This document shows positions 48,873 through 64,000 of a stretch of DNA of 64,000 bases, piece after piece. The stretch lies in NCBI GenBank assembly GCA_051294375.1, contig CM119266.1, positions 6,465,431-6,529,430 of the forward strand, in the 5' to 3' direction. The DNA comes from Paraspadella gotoi. Lineage: Eukaryota; Animalia; Chaetognatha. The notes under the pieces are model-generated. The model was not told the DNA's origin. It was given only the letters and a program-made list of their open reading frames with translations, and made no database searches. The first letter of the stretch is position 1; each line of letters begins with the position of its first letter. A program made the translations under genes and the position numbers.

Positions 48873-50471
48873 ATGGCACAAGAAACGCAGATTCCCACAG
48901 GAAACCCACCCCGCGACGGTCCCGCCTCTTCGTCGCTCATGTCCTCCATCCCCGGCGTCAATCAGGTCACCTCGTTTTTCCAGGGGAACCCCATGGCGAC
49001 GCCCGTGGGCCAACTGGTCGAACGGGCTACGGACGCGACGCTTCCGGCGGAGAACTGGGCGCTGAATCTTGAGGTCTGCGACATGGTCAACGAGACGGAC
49101 GAAGGACCCAAGGACGCCGTTCGCGCAATCCGCAAACGCCTCCAGCTCGGCGTCGGCAACCGCAACTTCACCGTGGTCGTCTACACCTTGACCGTGCTGG
49201 AGACTTGCGTGAAGAATTGCGGGCGCCGATTCCACGCCCAAGTGGCGCAAAAGGATTTTCTCAAGGATCTGGTCAACATCATGAACCCAAAACACGAGTC
49301 GCCCATCGTCGTCCAAGACAAAATCCTCACCCTGATCCAATGCTGGTCCATCGCCTTTCAAGGGGCGCCGGAACTTCGCGCCGTCGAACAGACTTACCAA
49401 GATTTGAAAGGCCGAGGGATCGTGTTCCCGACAACGGACCTGGAAGGCTCAGTGCCCATCATTACCCCAAAGCGGTCGTCGGCTCCGCAGGCGTCGCCCG
49501 CCAATGCCGCCACCCGGCCCTCTCCCGCTCGTTTGCCCTCGGCCGAGCAGCCAAACCCCGCCTCGAACCCCGCCCCCTCCGCCGATCCTCGCCGCCCGAA
49601 CATCCAACAGATCGTCCAGATGTCCGGCCCCGTGGCGCCAACTCCGGAGCAGATGGCGAAACTTCGCTCCGAGTTGGACATCGTTAACGGGAACATCGGC
49701 GTAATGGGCGACATGCTGAACGAAATGGTGCCCGGCGACGAAGACCCCGCGGATCTGGAGCTGCTGCACGAGTTGAACCGTACCTGCCGCGCGATGCAGA
49801 CGCGACTCCTCGAACTCATTGAGAAGATCTCCGTCGAGGAAGTCATCGAGGAACTGCTTCACGTCAACGACGACCTCAACAACGTCTTTCTACGTTTCGA
49901 GCGCTTCGAGCGCTACCGTACGGGAAAGACCGCCGCCGCCGGTGTCGCTGCGGGAGAATCCCCGGTTGCCACCGCAGCGGCCGCCACTTCGCCGACTCCG
50001 CGCAGCCCTCAAAGGGAAGTCGACGCCGCGCCGCTAATCGACTTCTCTTCGCCTCCACCCGCCGCCAACGCAGAAGAAGACGTCCAGCGCCAGCTCTCCG
50101 CCTTGGGAATCGGCGACGCCGCCGTCTCGGTCCCCGCCGCCGCTCCGACTGCCGCCGCCACCGCCGCCAACGGCCTCAAAGACAAACCCGACGTCAAGGA
50201 GGACGAGTTGAAAGAAATGGAGGCGTGGTTGGGAGCCACGGGAGGCAGCGGCGGTGGCGCTGACGTCGCCGACTCCGCTTCCGGTCCCATCTCCAGCTCC
50301 GAGTTTGACGACTTCTTAGCGTCTCGCCTTCAGAGTTCCGACGCTGGCGGCGCTGCCGCGGCGGGATCGACGGCACCGCGCGGAATCCACGACGTCCCCT
50401 CGATCGCCGCCTCGTCGGGCGCCGCGACGAAGGCGAAGATAGACGACGATCAGGATCTGCTGCTTGGCTAA
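48873..50471 (+). CDS. TOM1/TOM1L2-family VHS-GAT adaptor, single coding exon
   Basis: VHS ENWALNLEVCDMVNETDEGPKDA..LETCVKNCG; GAT KLRSELDIV..ELLHVNDDLNNVFLRF; SSEFDDFL. Confidence 0.93.
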   Translation: MAQETQIPTGNPPRDGPASSSLMSSIPGVNQVTSFFQGNPMATPVGQLVERATDATLPAENWALNLEVCDMVNETDEGPKDAVRAIRKRLQLGVGNRNFTVVVYTLTVLETCVKNCGRRFHAQVAQKDFLKDLVNIMNPKHESPIVVQDKILTLIQCWSIAFQGAPELRAVEQTYQDLKGRGIVFPTTDLEGSVPIITPKRSSAPQASPANAATRPSPARLPSAEQPNPASNPAPSADPRRPNIQQIVQMSGPVAPTPEQMAKLRSELDIVNGNIGVMGDMLNEMVPGDEDPADLELLHELNRTCRAMQTRLLELIEKISVEEVIEELLHVNDDLNNVFLRFERFERYRTGKTAAAGVAAGESPVATAAAATSPTPRSPQREVDAAPLIDFSSPPPAANAEEDVQRQLSALGIGDAAVSVPAAAPTAAATAANGLKDKPDVKEDELKEMEAWLGATGGSGGGADVADSASGPISSSEFDDFLASRLQSSDAGGAAAAGSTAPRGIHDVPSIAASSGAATKAKIDDDQDLLLG

Positions 50472-51073
50472 GGAAAAGACATTGCATCTAATGATCTTTG
50501 GAATCGGTTTCGGTTAAAGGACGTTGACGAACTACGCTATTTTATTTGTTCCATGTTCCGTGCATTGTCGGTGATTTTTTCCTATTTTGACAGAGAGTGA
50601 TTAGAGAGGAAGATTAAATTCTCGGTTGTCAAGATTTTATACTATTCTAGTCATTGTCGCACTTCCTCAACTATTACGTTTCCATGTTCGTCCTCTCGAG
50701 TTACGAGTTTCCAAAACAAACAATTACAATTGCGTTTAACGTGTAAATTCAGCCGTAGCTTTTTTTAAGGAAATTGATCTAATTTGAGGAATAATATGTT
50801 GACGCCTGGTTTAATTTTTTTTTCATGGAATCAAACAATACTTAAAACATTTTTTTTCACCTGAAATGCTCTCGGCTATTTTCAGTGATCAATAGATTAA
50901 TGTATATCTTTTTGTGATTTGTATCTCGCTTTTTTTGGCTTTTTGGTACCAAACCCCATTTTTTGGAGCTAAGACGCCGGCGAATCTGTAATTGTATTTT
51001 AACAAAAATTCATTGGAAATTTCAATTTTTTCTCTAATTTTCCAGCCTTCGTTGCCTCCTTAACGAAAAAACT

Positions 51074-52398
51074 ATGCAGTTCGCGGTGAGCGCCTACTTG
51101 GCGCTTCCCTTCATCTACATCGCTTACAAAGGAATTTCCGTCGTTTGGTCTTTTTTCGGATTTCGGAATTGGTTCGTCGATCAAACCTGTCCCTCGAACG
51201 AGAGAATCGATGGAAAGGTACGTTTACGATTCACGATCTAAGTTAATATAATTAGCCAATAATCATAAACAATTTTTCTGCTTTAACCTCTTTTCCAGGT
51301 CGTAGTCATTACCGGTGGCAACGGGGGCATCGGCGCGGAGACAGCCAAGGAGTTAGTTATGCGTGGAGCCACCGTCTACATCGCTTGCAGGAACGTGGCC
51401 GCGGGCGAGGAGGTGCGGATGCGGCTCGTCGCCCTGCTCCCTCATCTCCAGTGAGCGCCGTTCGTCGTCGTCAACGTCTTTGTAACACAAATTCCTTTCC
51501 TTTCTTTCTTTCAGATGATCCAGACGGAAAGAAGGCATGACCGTCATCGTAACCGTAACATCTTTCCTTTCCTTTTTTTTCCTTTTTATTACAAATTCCC
51601 TCCACTTTTCTTTCCCTTTAGCGACGCCGAGCAACGCGTCCAGGTGATGGTTCTTGACCTAGCGTCGCTCGCGTCGGTCCGCGAATTCGCCGCCGAATTC
51701 CAGCGCCGCTCCGACCGCCTCGACATTCTCATCAACAACGCCGGCGTCATGATGTGTCCTTTAAGCCACACCGCCGACGGGCACGAGCTGCAAATGGCTA
51801 CTAATCACTTGGGACATTTTCTTCTCACCTCATTGCTCAAGAAACTTATAGGTTGGCTCGCTCTCTCTCTCTCACCCATATTTACTATTATCGCTCACAA
51901 TGCCCTCCTTCCCCAGTCAAGTCGGCGCCTTCTCGAATCGTCGTCGTTTCCTCCTGCTGCCACTGGTTGGGGTCTTCCAACTTCGAAGACCTCGCCTACC
52001 ATCGATCTCACTACGACCCGACTCTCTCCTACGCTCAGAGCAAATTGGCCAATCTTCTCTTCGCAAAAGAACTGGCGCGCCGTCTTCGCGGCACCCGCGT
52101 CACCGTCAACGCCCTCCATCCGGGCGTTGTGGACACGCCCCTCTTCCGCCACGTCTGGATCCTTTCCAATCCCGTCTCCGAGTTTCTCCTTCGTCCCGTG
52201 CGCGACTTCGTGATGAAGACGTCGTTTCTCGGCGCCGCCACGAGCGTCTACCTCTCCGTCGCCAAAGAGTTGGACGGCGTGAGCGGAGAGTATTTCTCCG
52301 ACTGTCGCCCGAGTTACGTCTCGCCCAACGGGAAGGACGCGGAGCTGGCAAAGGTCGTGTGGACGAAGAGCGAGGAACTCGTAGGGATAGAAGGCTGA
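51074..52398 (+). CDS. Retinol dehydrogenase 11-14-like short-chain dehydrogenase
   Basis: [29 protein letters not shown]. Exons 51074-51217, 51299-51450, 51622-51851, 51917-52398. Confidence 0.92.
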
Positions 52399-52690
52399 AG
52401 AGACGCTTGGCTGAGAGAGAGTCTCTTTGTATCGCATGGGCCGAATTCTCGTATGGACCCTCCATTATTTAATATTTATCATAAATCCCTTATCTTTAAT
52501 CTTTGATTCTCTATAAATTATAATTCAAATTTAAACTTAAGGACGCGTTGTTTCATATGGATGATTTTTTTTTCCCTATTGAAAAGTTTTCCTAATTTTG
52601 TCTCACGTATTTATAAAAAAGTTTAAAAATTAGTATTATTCTTTTGGACTTATCTTTTCATTGTGTTTGAAATTAGAATCAAATGAAAAA

Positions 52691-52734
52691 TTTTGCGCTG
52701 ATTGAAGGCTGACATATTAGCCAAAACATGTCAG
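52691..52734 (+). repeat. Degenerate copy of the hammerhead-bearing repeat
   Basis: TTTTGCG-CTGATTGA-AGGCT(gacatatt)AGCC-AAAA-CATGTC; matches 11779-11819 except for an extra core T, a different loop and GAAA changed to AAAA. Confidence 0.65.
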
Positions 52735-53186
52735 TTTTTCTTCTTGAAAATAATTTGTTGTCGGCAAACTAAACGACAATTTTTTATTTGATTCTAACAA
52801 TTTAGGTAAAATAATTTCTTCTTTCAACTAAGCTGTTTCATTGAAATAAAAGGTAATGATTTCATAATTTTTCTGGTTAGTGCCTTTATTGAGAAATTCT
52901 ATTCATAAAAAGAATTTCTTAATTTATTACCTTTGTTATTCTTTTTTGAAAATCCATCTCTTCAGCGTCCTAAACGTTAACCAAGGATTACCCACGATTC
53001 GGCTCGGAAGAATCGTTGAAGCCTTCTTTACTCAGAACCCGCTCATCTTTCATATAAATTAATCCCCGTTGATTCAATTTTTATTTTTATTATTTATCGA
53101 AAGGTGCCATATATTTAGCCTAATTTTTCCGTTCAGACTTGTCATAGATCACAGAGTGAGTGACCATATAAGAACAACTTGAAAAG

Positions 53187-56100
53187 ATGAAAACTGTTTT
53201 AATGGTGGCGGAGAAGCCGTCGCTGGCTCAGTCGTTGGCGGCCATCCTCTCGAACGGCTCGCACCACAGTCGCAAAGGCTTCAACGGCGCCTGTTCCGTC
53301 CACGAATGGACGGGACCTTTTCAAAACTTTGGCCAGTGCAAATTCAAAATGACCTCCGTTTGCGGTCACGTGATGAGCTTAGACTTTTTGGGTAAGGAAT
53401 GAGAGGCGTGAGGATTTGTTATATAAATTTTTCTTCCTCACATAATCGTTTCTCCCTCATTTCTGTCACAATTCCGCCCCAAAGCGAAGTACAATAATTG
53501 GGACAAAACTGACCCGAGCGAACTGTTCAACGCGAACACGGAAAAGAAAGAAGCGACGGCCAAATTGCAGGTGTCAACTCTCACGGCCAATTTCATCGGC
53601 TGCATCACCCACCCCCCCAAACTAATTTTCCAACGTCTTTCACTAGATGCCGAAATTCCTAACTTCTGAGGGTCGGAACGCCGACGCGATCGTCCTCTGG
53701 CTTGACTGTGACAAGGAAGGCGAAAACATCTGCTTCGAGGTGTTGGACTGCGTTCAGCCGGTGATGAACCGCGGGCGGGGCGGCGAGCAGACCGTCTTTA
53801 GGGCGCACTTCTCCGCCATTACCGACTCGGACATCAAAGCTGCCTTCCGGTATGACTTTCCTTTTACGTATCTTTTTTTCAGCTAAAGTGACTTTTTTTT
53901 TTTGGTCCGCCTCTGCCTCAGAAATCTCGGCGTCCCGAACAAGAACGAAGCTCTGGCCGTCGACGCGAGACAAGAACTTGACCTCCGAATCGGTTGCGCC
54001 TTCACTCGATTTCAGACCAAGTACTTTCAGGTGAGTCTTTTTCTCTCTTTCCACCTTCTATGGCCTAACCATTTCCTTTTCTAGATATTCCCATTTCATT
54101 TTTCAGGGTAAGTACGGAGACCTGGACTCGTCCCTCATCTCCTACGGTCCTTGTCAGACGCCGACGTTGGGCTTCTGCGTCGATCGACACGACAAGATTC
54201 AGTCTTTCAAGCCGGAACCCTTTTGGGTCCCGCAGGTATGAGATGTATTATGATGTTGCATTGCAATTGAAGTACTTTTTCCAATTCGATTTATTTATTA
54301 ATTCTCTCATTTATTTACTATTTACTTAGTTGTCTACGCTATTTCTGACATTCATTGACGTCCTTTACCCTTCAGGTGGAACTCACCACGACATCCGGCG
54401 CCATCTTCCCCGAGTGGGACCGCGTTCGTCTCTTCGATAAAGACGTTATGCATCTCTTTCTGACCCAAATCAAATCGGCGTCCAGCGCTAAAGTCACTGG
54501 GGTCAACGCCAAGGAAAAGGTCAAGCAACGACCACAGGCCCTCAACACTGTGGAGATGCTGCGAACGGCCTCGACGGCGCTGGGGATGAGTCCGCATCAT
54601 ACCATGCAGGTCGGTGGATTGATTCATTGATTGATTGATTGTCGCAATCAAGCTTCTATTTTTATTTCCCGGTTCTCAGATTGCCGAGCGTCTCTACACT
54701 CAAGGATTCATCAGTTATCCTCGAACTGAAACGACGCATTATCCTGAGAACTTTGACCTCCGCGCGCCGCTGAAGGCGCAGCAGGGCAGCTCCATTTGGG
54801 GCACTTACGTTCGGGATCTGCTTCACGGAGGTCGGCACGCTTTAATAATCGCTTGTGTCTATCTTTCTTTCTCAATCTCGGCTATTTTTCCTCTTTCGCT
54901 CTCCTTCTAGGCCTCAACAAGCCCCGCAAAGGCGCCGACGCCGGCGACCATCCTCCGATTACGCCCATGCGCGCCGCCTCCGAGTCGGAACTGGGTCACG
55001 ATGGTTGGCGTCTCTACGAGTTCATTACGAAACACTTCATCGCCACCGTTTCGCACGACTGCAAGTTCTTGCAGACAACGGCGCACTTTCTCATCGGTGG
55101 GGTTTGTATTATTTGTTCGGTATTAGATTAGTATATCTAGTAATTTCTCATCTTCATTCAGGCGGAGAAACTTTCACGCTGATCGGAAAGACTCCGCTTT
55201 TCCCTGGATTCACAGCTGTTCTCACGCATCAAGCCATCACCGGTGAAGAGACCATTCCCGCGGTAACTTCGCCTGTGATATCGATTGTAATTCCAAAATA
55301 TTTTGTCACTTCTTAACTCTTTTCCTATTTTCGAAGCTTCAATCTGGAGACAGTCTTCCCGTCAAGGAGATCAAATTGCTGGAGAAGCAAACGTCGCCGC
55401 CCGATTATCTCACAGAAGCCGAGTTGATTACCATGATGGAGAAGCACGGAATCGGTGAGCTGCAAATTTTTTTTCGAAGAAGATTTAGTAAAGAAGCTGA
55501 TGTAAATAAGTACATATTTCTTCAGGCACGGACGCTTCAATCCCCGTCCACATCAACAACATCTGCGAACGCAACTATGTCGTCGTTTCCGCCGGTCGAC
55601 GACTCATTCCTAATCCGCTCGGCATCGTTCTTATTCACGGGTTATTGTCTAATTTTATTTAATTTTACCTATTTTTTAATGTGTTAAAATTCACCGATTG
55701 GGATATTCAGTTTTTTTTTTCTCCCATTGCAGATACCGAAAGATTGACCCGGAACTTTGTTTGCCCACGATGCGCGCCGCCGTCGAGGAACAATTGAATC
55801 TCATCGCAGCTGGAAAGGTAGATATCTCACTTTCATATTATTCCTTATTTCTTATTAGTTGTAGTCTGATGTCCTTTCTTACTCTTGCCTTTTTTTCCTT
55901 TTTCTTCCCGTTTTACTCACTTGATTTCCCATTTTTTCCAACTCATCCTCCAGGTGAACTTCAACGCCGTCCTCAAGCACGCCCTCGACGTCTTCGAGCG
56001 GAAGTTCCACTATTTCGTTCAAACGATCGAGGGTATGGACCAGCTCTTCGAGGTCACCTTCTCCCCTCTGGCCAACTCCGGCAAGCCCCTCTCCCGCTGC

Positions 56101-57130
56101 GGAAAGTGCAAGAGGTTCATGAAGTACATCGACGCCAAACCGCATCGATTGCACTGCGCCACCTGCAACGACACTTATTCACTGCCGCAGGTTTAGAGAG
56201 AGAGAAAGAGAGCGACAGAGAGAGATTTAATAAATGAATGAATGAATAAATTACCTCTTTATTTCCTCCGCAGAACGGCGTGATCAAACTTTACCAAGAG
56301 CTTAAGTGTCCCCTCGACGAGTTCGAACTCGTTCTCTGGTCTTCTGGATCTAAGGGGAAGTCTTACTCCGTCTGCCCTTTCTGCTACTCCAATCCTCCAT
56401 TCAAGGTTGGCTGCTCATTTGTTTTTGTTTTGCAAGCCTTTGTCAGTCTTTGGAGAAGTCTTTGGAAGCATGATTATTTGATTATTGGCTTTGTTGTAAT
56501 ACATATCCCTCATTCTCCATTCCAGGACATGCGCAAGGGTCAAGGCTGCAACCAATGCACCCATCCGGCGTGCAAGCACTCCCTCAACTCGCTCGGCGTC
56601 GGCGAATGCTTCGAGTGCGAATCGGGGGTGTTGGTGCTGGACGCTTCGTCGGCGCCCAAGTGGAAACTCGCCTGCAACAAGTGCAACCTCGTGGTCGCCC
56701 TCTTCGAGAACGCCCACAAGGTCGGCGTCTCTGACGAAGTCTGCGACGAATGCGGCGCCTCCGTCCTCGACGTCTCCTTCAACAAGAACAAGACGCCGCT
56801 TGAACACGGGCAGACGGATCGATCCGGCTGTGTTTTTTGCGATCCCTTGCTGCAGGTGGGAGAAATGGAGGAAGTCAAGATCGAGAACTGAAATTGAAGA
56901 ATATCGATAATACGTCTCTTATAGAGAGCCAAAAAATCCCTTCAAATCCTTCCCCCACTCTTCTCCAGGGTCTAGTGGAAATCAAACACGCGCAACGGAG
57001 TCATCCCAACTTCTCTCGCGGCGGTGGACGGGGTCGCGGCCGCGGTCGAGGACGCGGGCGTGGACGAGGCCGAGGCGGTCGTCGAGCACCCAAGGACAAA
57101 ATGTCGCAACTTGCCGCGTATTTCGTCTGA
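53187..57130 (+). CDS. TOP3B: DNA topoisomerase III beta, 16 exons
   Basis: [64 protein letters not shown]-terminal Zn ribbons, RG repeat, [12 protein letters not shown]. 15 short GT-AG introns with consistent phases. Confidence 0.97.
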
Positions 57131-57409
57131 TCCATTTTGGTCGTTTTACCTTACCCACTATAATCCCCCCTTTCCTTTCCCTCTTAAGCTGTTTCAAAAT
57201 TTTTCTTTCCCCACCCGTTTATATTTATTTCCAATTTTTTTAGCCCTAATTGCCTTCCAGTATATTATAATTATTTACTAAATTTAGTTGTTTTCGTTAC
57301 TTATTTTTTATAAGTAGATCGATCAAAGTCAATGAGGCTCGTTTGAATTCCCCTCCTCGACGCCCGATCGAGCTGACGAGGGTGAGATATGAACTGCGTC
57401 AAACGAGCC

Positions 57410-59453
<2,044 letters not shown>

Positions 59454-59779
59454 TTCTAAATACAAATCATGTTCACGTTTCCAGTGCGAATCTTCCGATT
59501 TTAAAGCTTTACTTAGTGCCTTTTATTCGCGCTTCTAAGCGCGCGCCTGTATGCTTGTTGGACTTTTCTTTGTGTGGGATTGCAGTATGAGTGTGGGATT
59601 TGTGTGTAGATATATTTTTACACATTCCGCGTGTTTCGTTTTGTTGTTTTTTTTTCTCTAGAATTTATTTTTTTCTAGTTAGCTCCAGCGCTTTTCATTA
59701 TATTTTTTTTTCTTTACAGATAAATTTTTATATTTTTCATATCTTTTCCCCGCCATTTGACTTGGAAAATGAGAAGTAA

Positions 59780-61307
59780 ATGATGATGATCCTCAGCCCC
59801 GCAGAAAGATCCCTGCTCCAGTGGGGCGTGGTTTCCCGCCTCTTCCTCTTCCTCCTCCAACTCCTCTGCAACTTCCTTCCCGATCACGACGCCGACGCCT
59901 TCAAGCCTCCTCCAAACGTCGACGATCCTCTCCACGGCACACCCGTCGACTCCTTCGTTCGTGAGAACCTCCTGGCGGGCTTTTCCAAGTGGGACGCCCT
60001 CCACTTTCTCCACGTCGCCGAATTCGGTCACGTCTTCGAGTTTGACCTGGCCTTCTTTCCCGGTTTCCCGCTGGCACTGCGATGGTTCGAATCCGCGACT
60101 CTGCGACCGACGCTGAGCGGCCTTCTCTCCGCCCGTTCCCGCTTATTAATGGCGGCGACGCTGCTCAACAACGCTTTCTTCCTCGTTTCCNNNNNNNNNN
60201 CTTCATCGCCTGGGCCGGCGCCTCTTCCCTCACGACAACGCCGAAAATGCCATTTTCCTCGGTGTCCTTTGGTTCTACTTTAACCCGGCGTCGATATTTT
60301 TCGGCGCCGCTTATTCCGAATCTCTCTTCTTTCTCGCAGTCGTCGTCGGCCTCGATTTCTTCCACCAACGGCGCCTCCTCGCGGCGTCGTGGGTTTTCGC
60401 CGTCGCCGGCGCCGTCCGCTCCAACGGCGTCGTCTTCGCCGGCTTCTTTTGGTTTTCGTTTATTGACGAAGGAAGGAATTTGCTTCACTCGGCGTCGTCT
60501 TATCGAACAAAATTACTCGGCTTTTTCTTCCTCGTCGCTCGAACGGCGGCTTTGTCGGCGGCGTCGTGGTCTCTTTTTATCGCTTTTCAAATGGACGCCG
60601 CGTCGCTTTTTTGTCGGCGTCGATCTCCACTTCCCCCGACCCTCCCCCGCCACTTGGCGCCATTCGCCGCCGACGCGGACGCTCTCGTCCGCGGGTCGTT
60701 TCGTGCGCGCGCCAACGCGTCCGGAGTCTTCCTCGTCGAGGATGACTTTCCCTCTTGGTGCGACGCCTCGCCTTTGCCATTCTCTTACTCGCCCGTGCAG
60801 AATCGCTACTGGCATTTGGGTCCTTTCGCTTATTATCGATTCAAACAGATCCCTAACTTTCTTCTCGCTTTTCCCGCACTTGTTTTCTCTCTCAGATGCG
60901 CTTCCGACTATTTCGGTCATCACCTCCGCCGCCCTCGATCTCTCGCTCTCTTTTTCGGTCTCAGCGAAGCGATGATCGACCGACTCGTTGGCGGAACCTC
61001 TGACCGATCACTCGACCGATCCCTTCTCTCCATCCGTCTCCTGCCCTTTCACTTATACACCATTTTCCTCCTCCTCTTCGGCCTCTGCTTCATGCACGTC
61101 CAAGTTTTGACCAGGCTCTTGCTGAGTTCCTGCCCTTTGCTCTACTTTTACGGGGGGAGCGTTTTGGCCGGTGGTCATGGACCGGCGGGGTCAGGGCCGG
61201 GTCGGAAGATGGAGCAGGGATGGGGCCCGACTCTCTTGTGGATTTGGGCAGGGGGTTACTTCATCGTCGGCGCTGCGTTGCATTGCAATTTTCTGCCTTG
61301 GACTTGA
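59780..61307 (+). CDS. PIGV: GPI mannosyltransferase 2, single exon interrupted by an assembly gap
   Basis: PDHDADAF, KWDALHF, AFFPGFP, FNPASIFF..YSESLF, RSNG, YYRFKQIPNFLLA, MHVQVLTRLL, LHCNFLPWT. The frame after the gap (from 60201) is open to the stop. Confidence 0.95.
60191..60200. other. Assembly gap (10 N)
   Basis: Run of N. The true length must be a multiple of 3 if PIGV is intact. Confidence 0.99.
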
Positions 61308-61692
61308 AAAAGTAATTGTCTGTCTTATTTTGTTTTTTACAGGTAAGATAATGAACCGGAATTAGATCACTCAGATTAAGAGAAACAATGGAGGACGGAT
61401 AGAAATAATGAAGTAAAAAGAGCTCCGATCCTGACCTAATCTAGGAAAACCCGATTACGAAATACAAACTTTAAAAATCACCACCAGCTTTCTGGACTTC
61501 GGAAGCCGATCGATCGAGAAATGATATCGCGATAAATGCGCGAAAAAACTATCATCGATTTTTATCTCAAGTTTATCGGATTCTTTATCTTCTTTGGCGG
61601 ACGAGAAATAAAAAAATACGTGACATTCTGACGATCAGACGATCAGTCTTATTTCTCCATGATCGATCCTTCTATTTTCTCCAAGACCAAAA

Positions 61693-63603
61693 ATGTCTTT
61701 CACGACGCCAGGCGGCGATTCCTTGGACGCTGGCAGCGTCGACGTTGTCTGCTCCGCGGATCCGCCCGAAGGTGTCGCCTCCGAAAGGACGCCGCTGCTA
61801 CAGTCCTCCAGCGGATCCGCAGCCCGAGGTTCGGTCAACGGTAGGGAAAAGTTTTGTAAATTTAAAAAAAATGTATTTCTCATGAAGACATTTTTTTTCT
61901 TAACTTCGCTGTCAATCCTCCAAAGCCGAGCCAGAGAGAATAACTCCGCCCGATCTTAGAAGAGACAGCGGTCTTCTCGCCGACTCTGGTACTCCTCTGC
62001 CCGGAGAGCGTGGCCTTCCTCCTCTGGACACTCTCGACCAGGCGCGGAATCGGCTGGATAACCCGTACCAGTCGCGGATCGTCGCCAACTCAACGCGGTG
62101 AGGAGAATCCGCGAGGATTTGTTTTTTAATTAATCGCTCCGTCATGTCATTAATCGCTCCGTCATATCATTAATCGCTCAGTCATATCATTAATCGCTCC
62201 GTCATATCATTAATAGCTCCGTCATGACATCTTTCCTTTCTCATTTCAACCTCAGTGTGGAGCCGCAAGGATCGACTCTCTGGAATGAGTCGCGGATCGA
62301 TGATCTCCTCGCGCCGCCGGAGCGCGCCTTCAAGAAAGGCGCCACTTCTAATCTGCAGACGATGACTCACATTTTCAAGGGAAACGTTGGCACGGGCATC
62401 CTCGCTATGCCATACGCCTTCGCCAATATCGGTAAGTGGATTCGGCCTCCAAAATAATAATCCGAAAAACAGATTATGAAATATACGTAAACTCACTCAG
62501 GCTTGGTTGCTGGCTTCGTGGGCACCGTCATCATCGCCGTCATCGCTATTCACTGTACCCGTCTGCTTGTCGAGGCGTCGCACTTCCTCTGTCGCATCAC
62601 GGGCAAAGAGACTCTTGACTACGGCTATTGTATCGACTACGCCTTTAAGAATGTCGAGGGTATGAATTGTTCTCTACTCTATTGAAACAGTGCGTCTAAT
62701 ATGTAAAAAGTAAGTTTAAAATTTTGTAATTGACAGGGGGCGGGCCTAAGTTGCGGAAAACAGGCCGATGGATGCGAAAACTCGTCAACTTCTTCCTTCA
62801 ACTGACGCAGTCGGCTTTTGTTGCGTCTACTTCGTCTTCATGGGAGAGAACCTCAATCACGTCCTCACCAATTACGTCTTTGAAAAGGGTTATGGCTTCA
62901 AAGATTCCAGGGTGAGCTATGCGTCTGTATTTAATAGTTAAATCTAAATCTAAATTCAGCAATGCAGAATCAGCATTTTAAATGTTTTTCTTTTTAGGCG
63001 TGCATGGCCATGATCTTGCCGTTCGAGATGGCGTTTTGTTGCATCCGATCCGTGAAGAAATTATCTTATTTTTCGACCATCGCCAATATTATTTGTGTCA
63101 CAGGTAGTGATTACTACTAAAGGATAAACTGTAATTGAAAGCGACGCCATCCTCATTTTATTTTTCTTTCCGTCTCAGGATTGATCGTCGTGTACATTCA
63201 ATTGCTCCAAGACATTCCTGCCGTTGATTCCGTTCCCTCCATTACGACAAACGAAGTCCAAAAATGGCCAATTTTTTTCTCAATGGCCATTTATACTTTC
63301 GAGGTAAATACTGCCGAAGATTTGATTAATAAAGAGTGATTGTCATGTAAAGATTGAATGATTTATCTCGATTTCTTTATCTAAATTCTCCCGCCTGCTG
63401 CTTAGGGCATCGGGGTGATTCTCCCTCTAGAGAATAAGATGAAGAACCCCGAAGACCTTCTACCCTGGAACGGCGTCCTGAACACGGCGATGGTCGTCGT
63501 CTGTTGTCTCTTTCTCTCCATGGGATTTTTCGGTTATCTCAAGTTCGGCGCCGACGTCCAAGCGAGCATCACGCTCAACCTCCCGGCTGCCTGGTACAAC
63601 GAG
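61693..63603 (+). CDS. SLC36 proton-coupled amino acid transporter, partial (continues beyond the window; one 1-nt deletion near 62811)
   Basis: HIFKGNVGTGILAMPYAF, GFCCVYFVF, YTFEGIGVILPLENKMKNP, GFFGYLKFG..SITLNLP. At least 8 exons; last exon boundary approximate. Confidence 0.92.
62130..62226. repeat. 20-bp minisatellite, about 5 copies, in SLC36 intron 2
   Basis: Unit TTAATCGCTCCGTCATATCA. Confidence 0.9.
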
Positions 63604-64000
63604 GTGCGGTAAAGTCAAATATATTTTGTATAAATATTAAATTGTAACTCTCGCGGTAAAACGGTAAAACAAAATGAGGCACAAATCTTGAATAAGGCAC
63701 GTACTATATAGTAAACATAATAGTAAAAATAACCAAATAAATGGCTATGAAAGAGTTCATGAGTTCGTGAATCAATGGTGAACAGGGGCCGACGATCCTG
63801 AAGGAGAGAAGGCATGAGCGTAACCGTAACAAAATCTGTTTCATTTATTATATTTACAATATAATGTTCGTGTTGTTTTCTGGAAATAGAGGTACTTTCT
63901 GCTCTAGGTTTTTAATTAGATATTACTAATAAACATTTTTTTAAATATTATATTTTTTTCCTAGTCTGATCTTTGTCATAATCAAATAATTATTTTCCCA

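Noticed and set aside
48858-52472. Many overlapping ORFs over TOM1 and RDH
   Set aside because: Expected by-products of GC-rich codon usage.
57015-57085. RG-repeat coding tract
   Set aside because: Known RGG-type C-terminal feature of TOP3B.
59780-61307. PIGV split into several ORFs
   Set aside because: Caused by the arbitrary 10-N gap; both sides are open reading frames.

Overview
Gene-dense window of a eukaryotic (invertebrate-animal-like) genome: GC-rich exons, short AT-rich GT-AG introns, one 10-N gap and signs of homopolymer indel errors. I reconstructed 17 protein-coding genes by hand, checking splice phases. On the minus strand: CREB3L/CrebA (partial), an intronless KASH5/LRMP-like protein, a MARVEL protein, an ankyrin/TTC3-like/RING E3 ligase nested antisense in STX16 intron 4, FAF2, Rab1, an RRM protein and a 9-finger C2H2 protein. 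On the plus strand: STX16, then a co-oriented run of TBC1D30, TLCD5, TOM1-like, an RDH-type SDR, TOP3B, GUK1, PIGV and an SLC36 transporter (partial). Introns hold a Penelope-like retroelement with inverted pseudo-LTRs, five TA-flanked MITEs, a hAT element, SINE-like copies, Helentron-like remnants and minimal hammerhead ribozyme motifs. Most worth follow-up: the nested ankyrin-TTC3-RING gene, the KASH5-like protein, a 50-aa transmembrane ORF just upstream of TLCD5, the hammerhead motifs, a G-U-rich structured RNA candidate, and several insertions or duplications that fall on splice sites. Gene names come from recalled motif similarity, not database searches.
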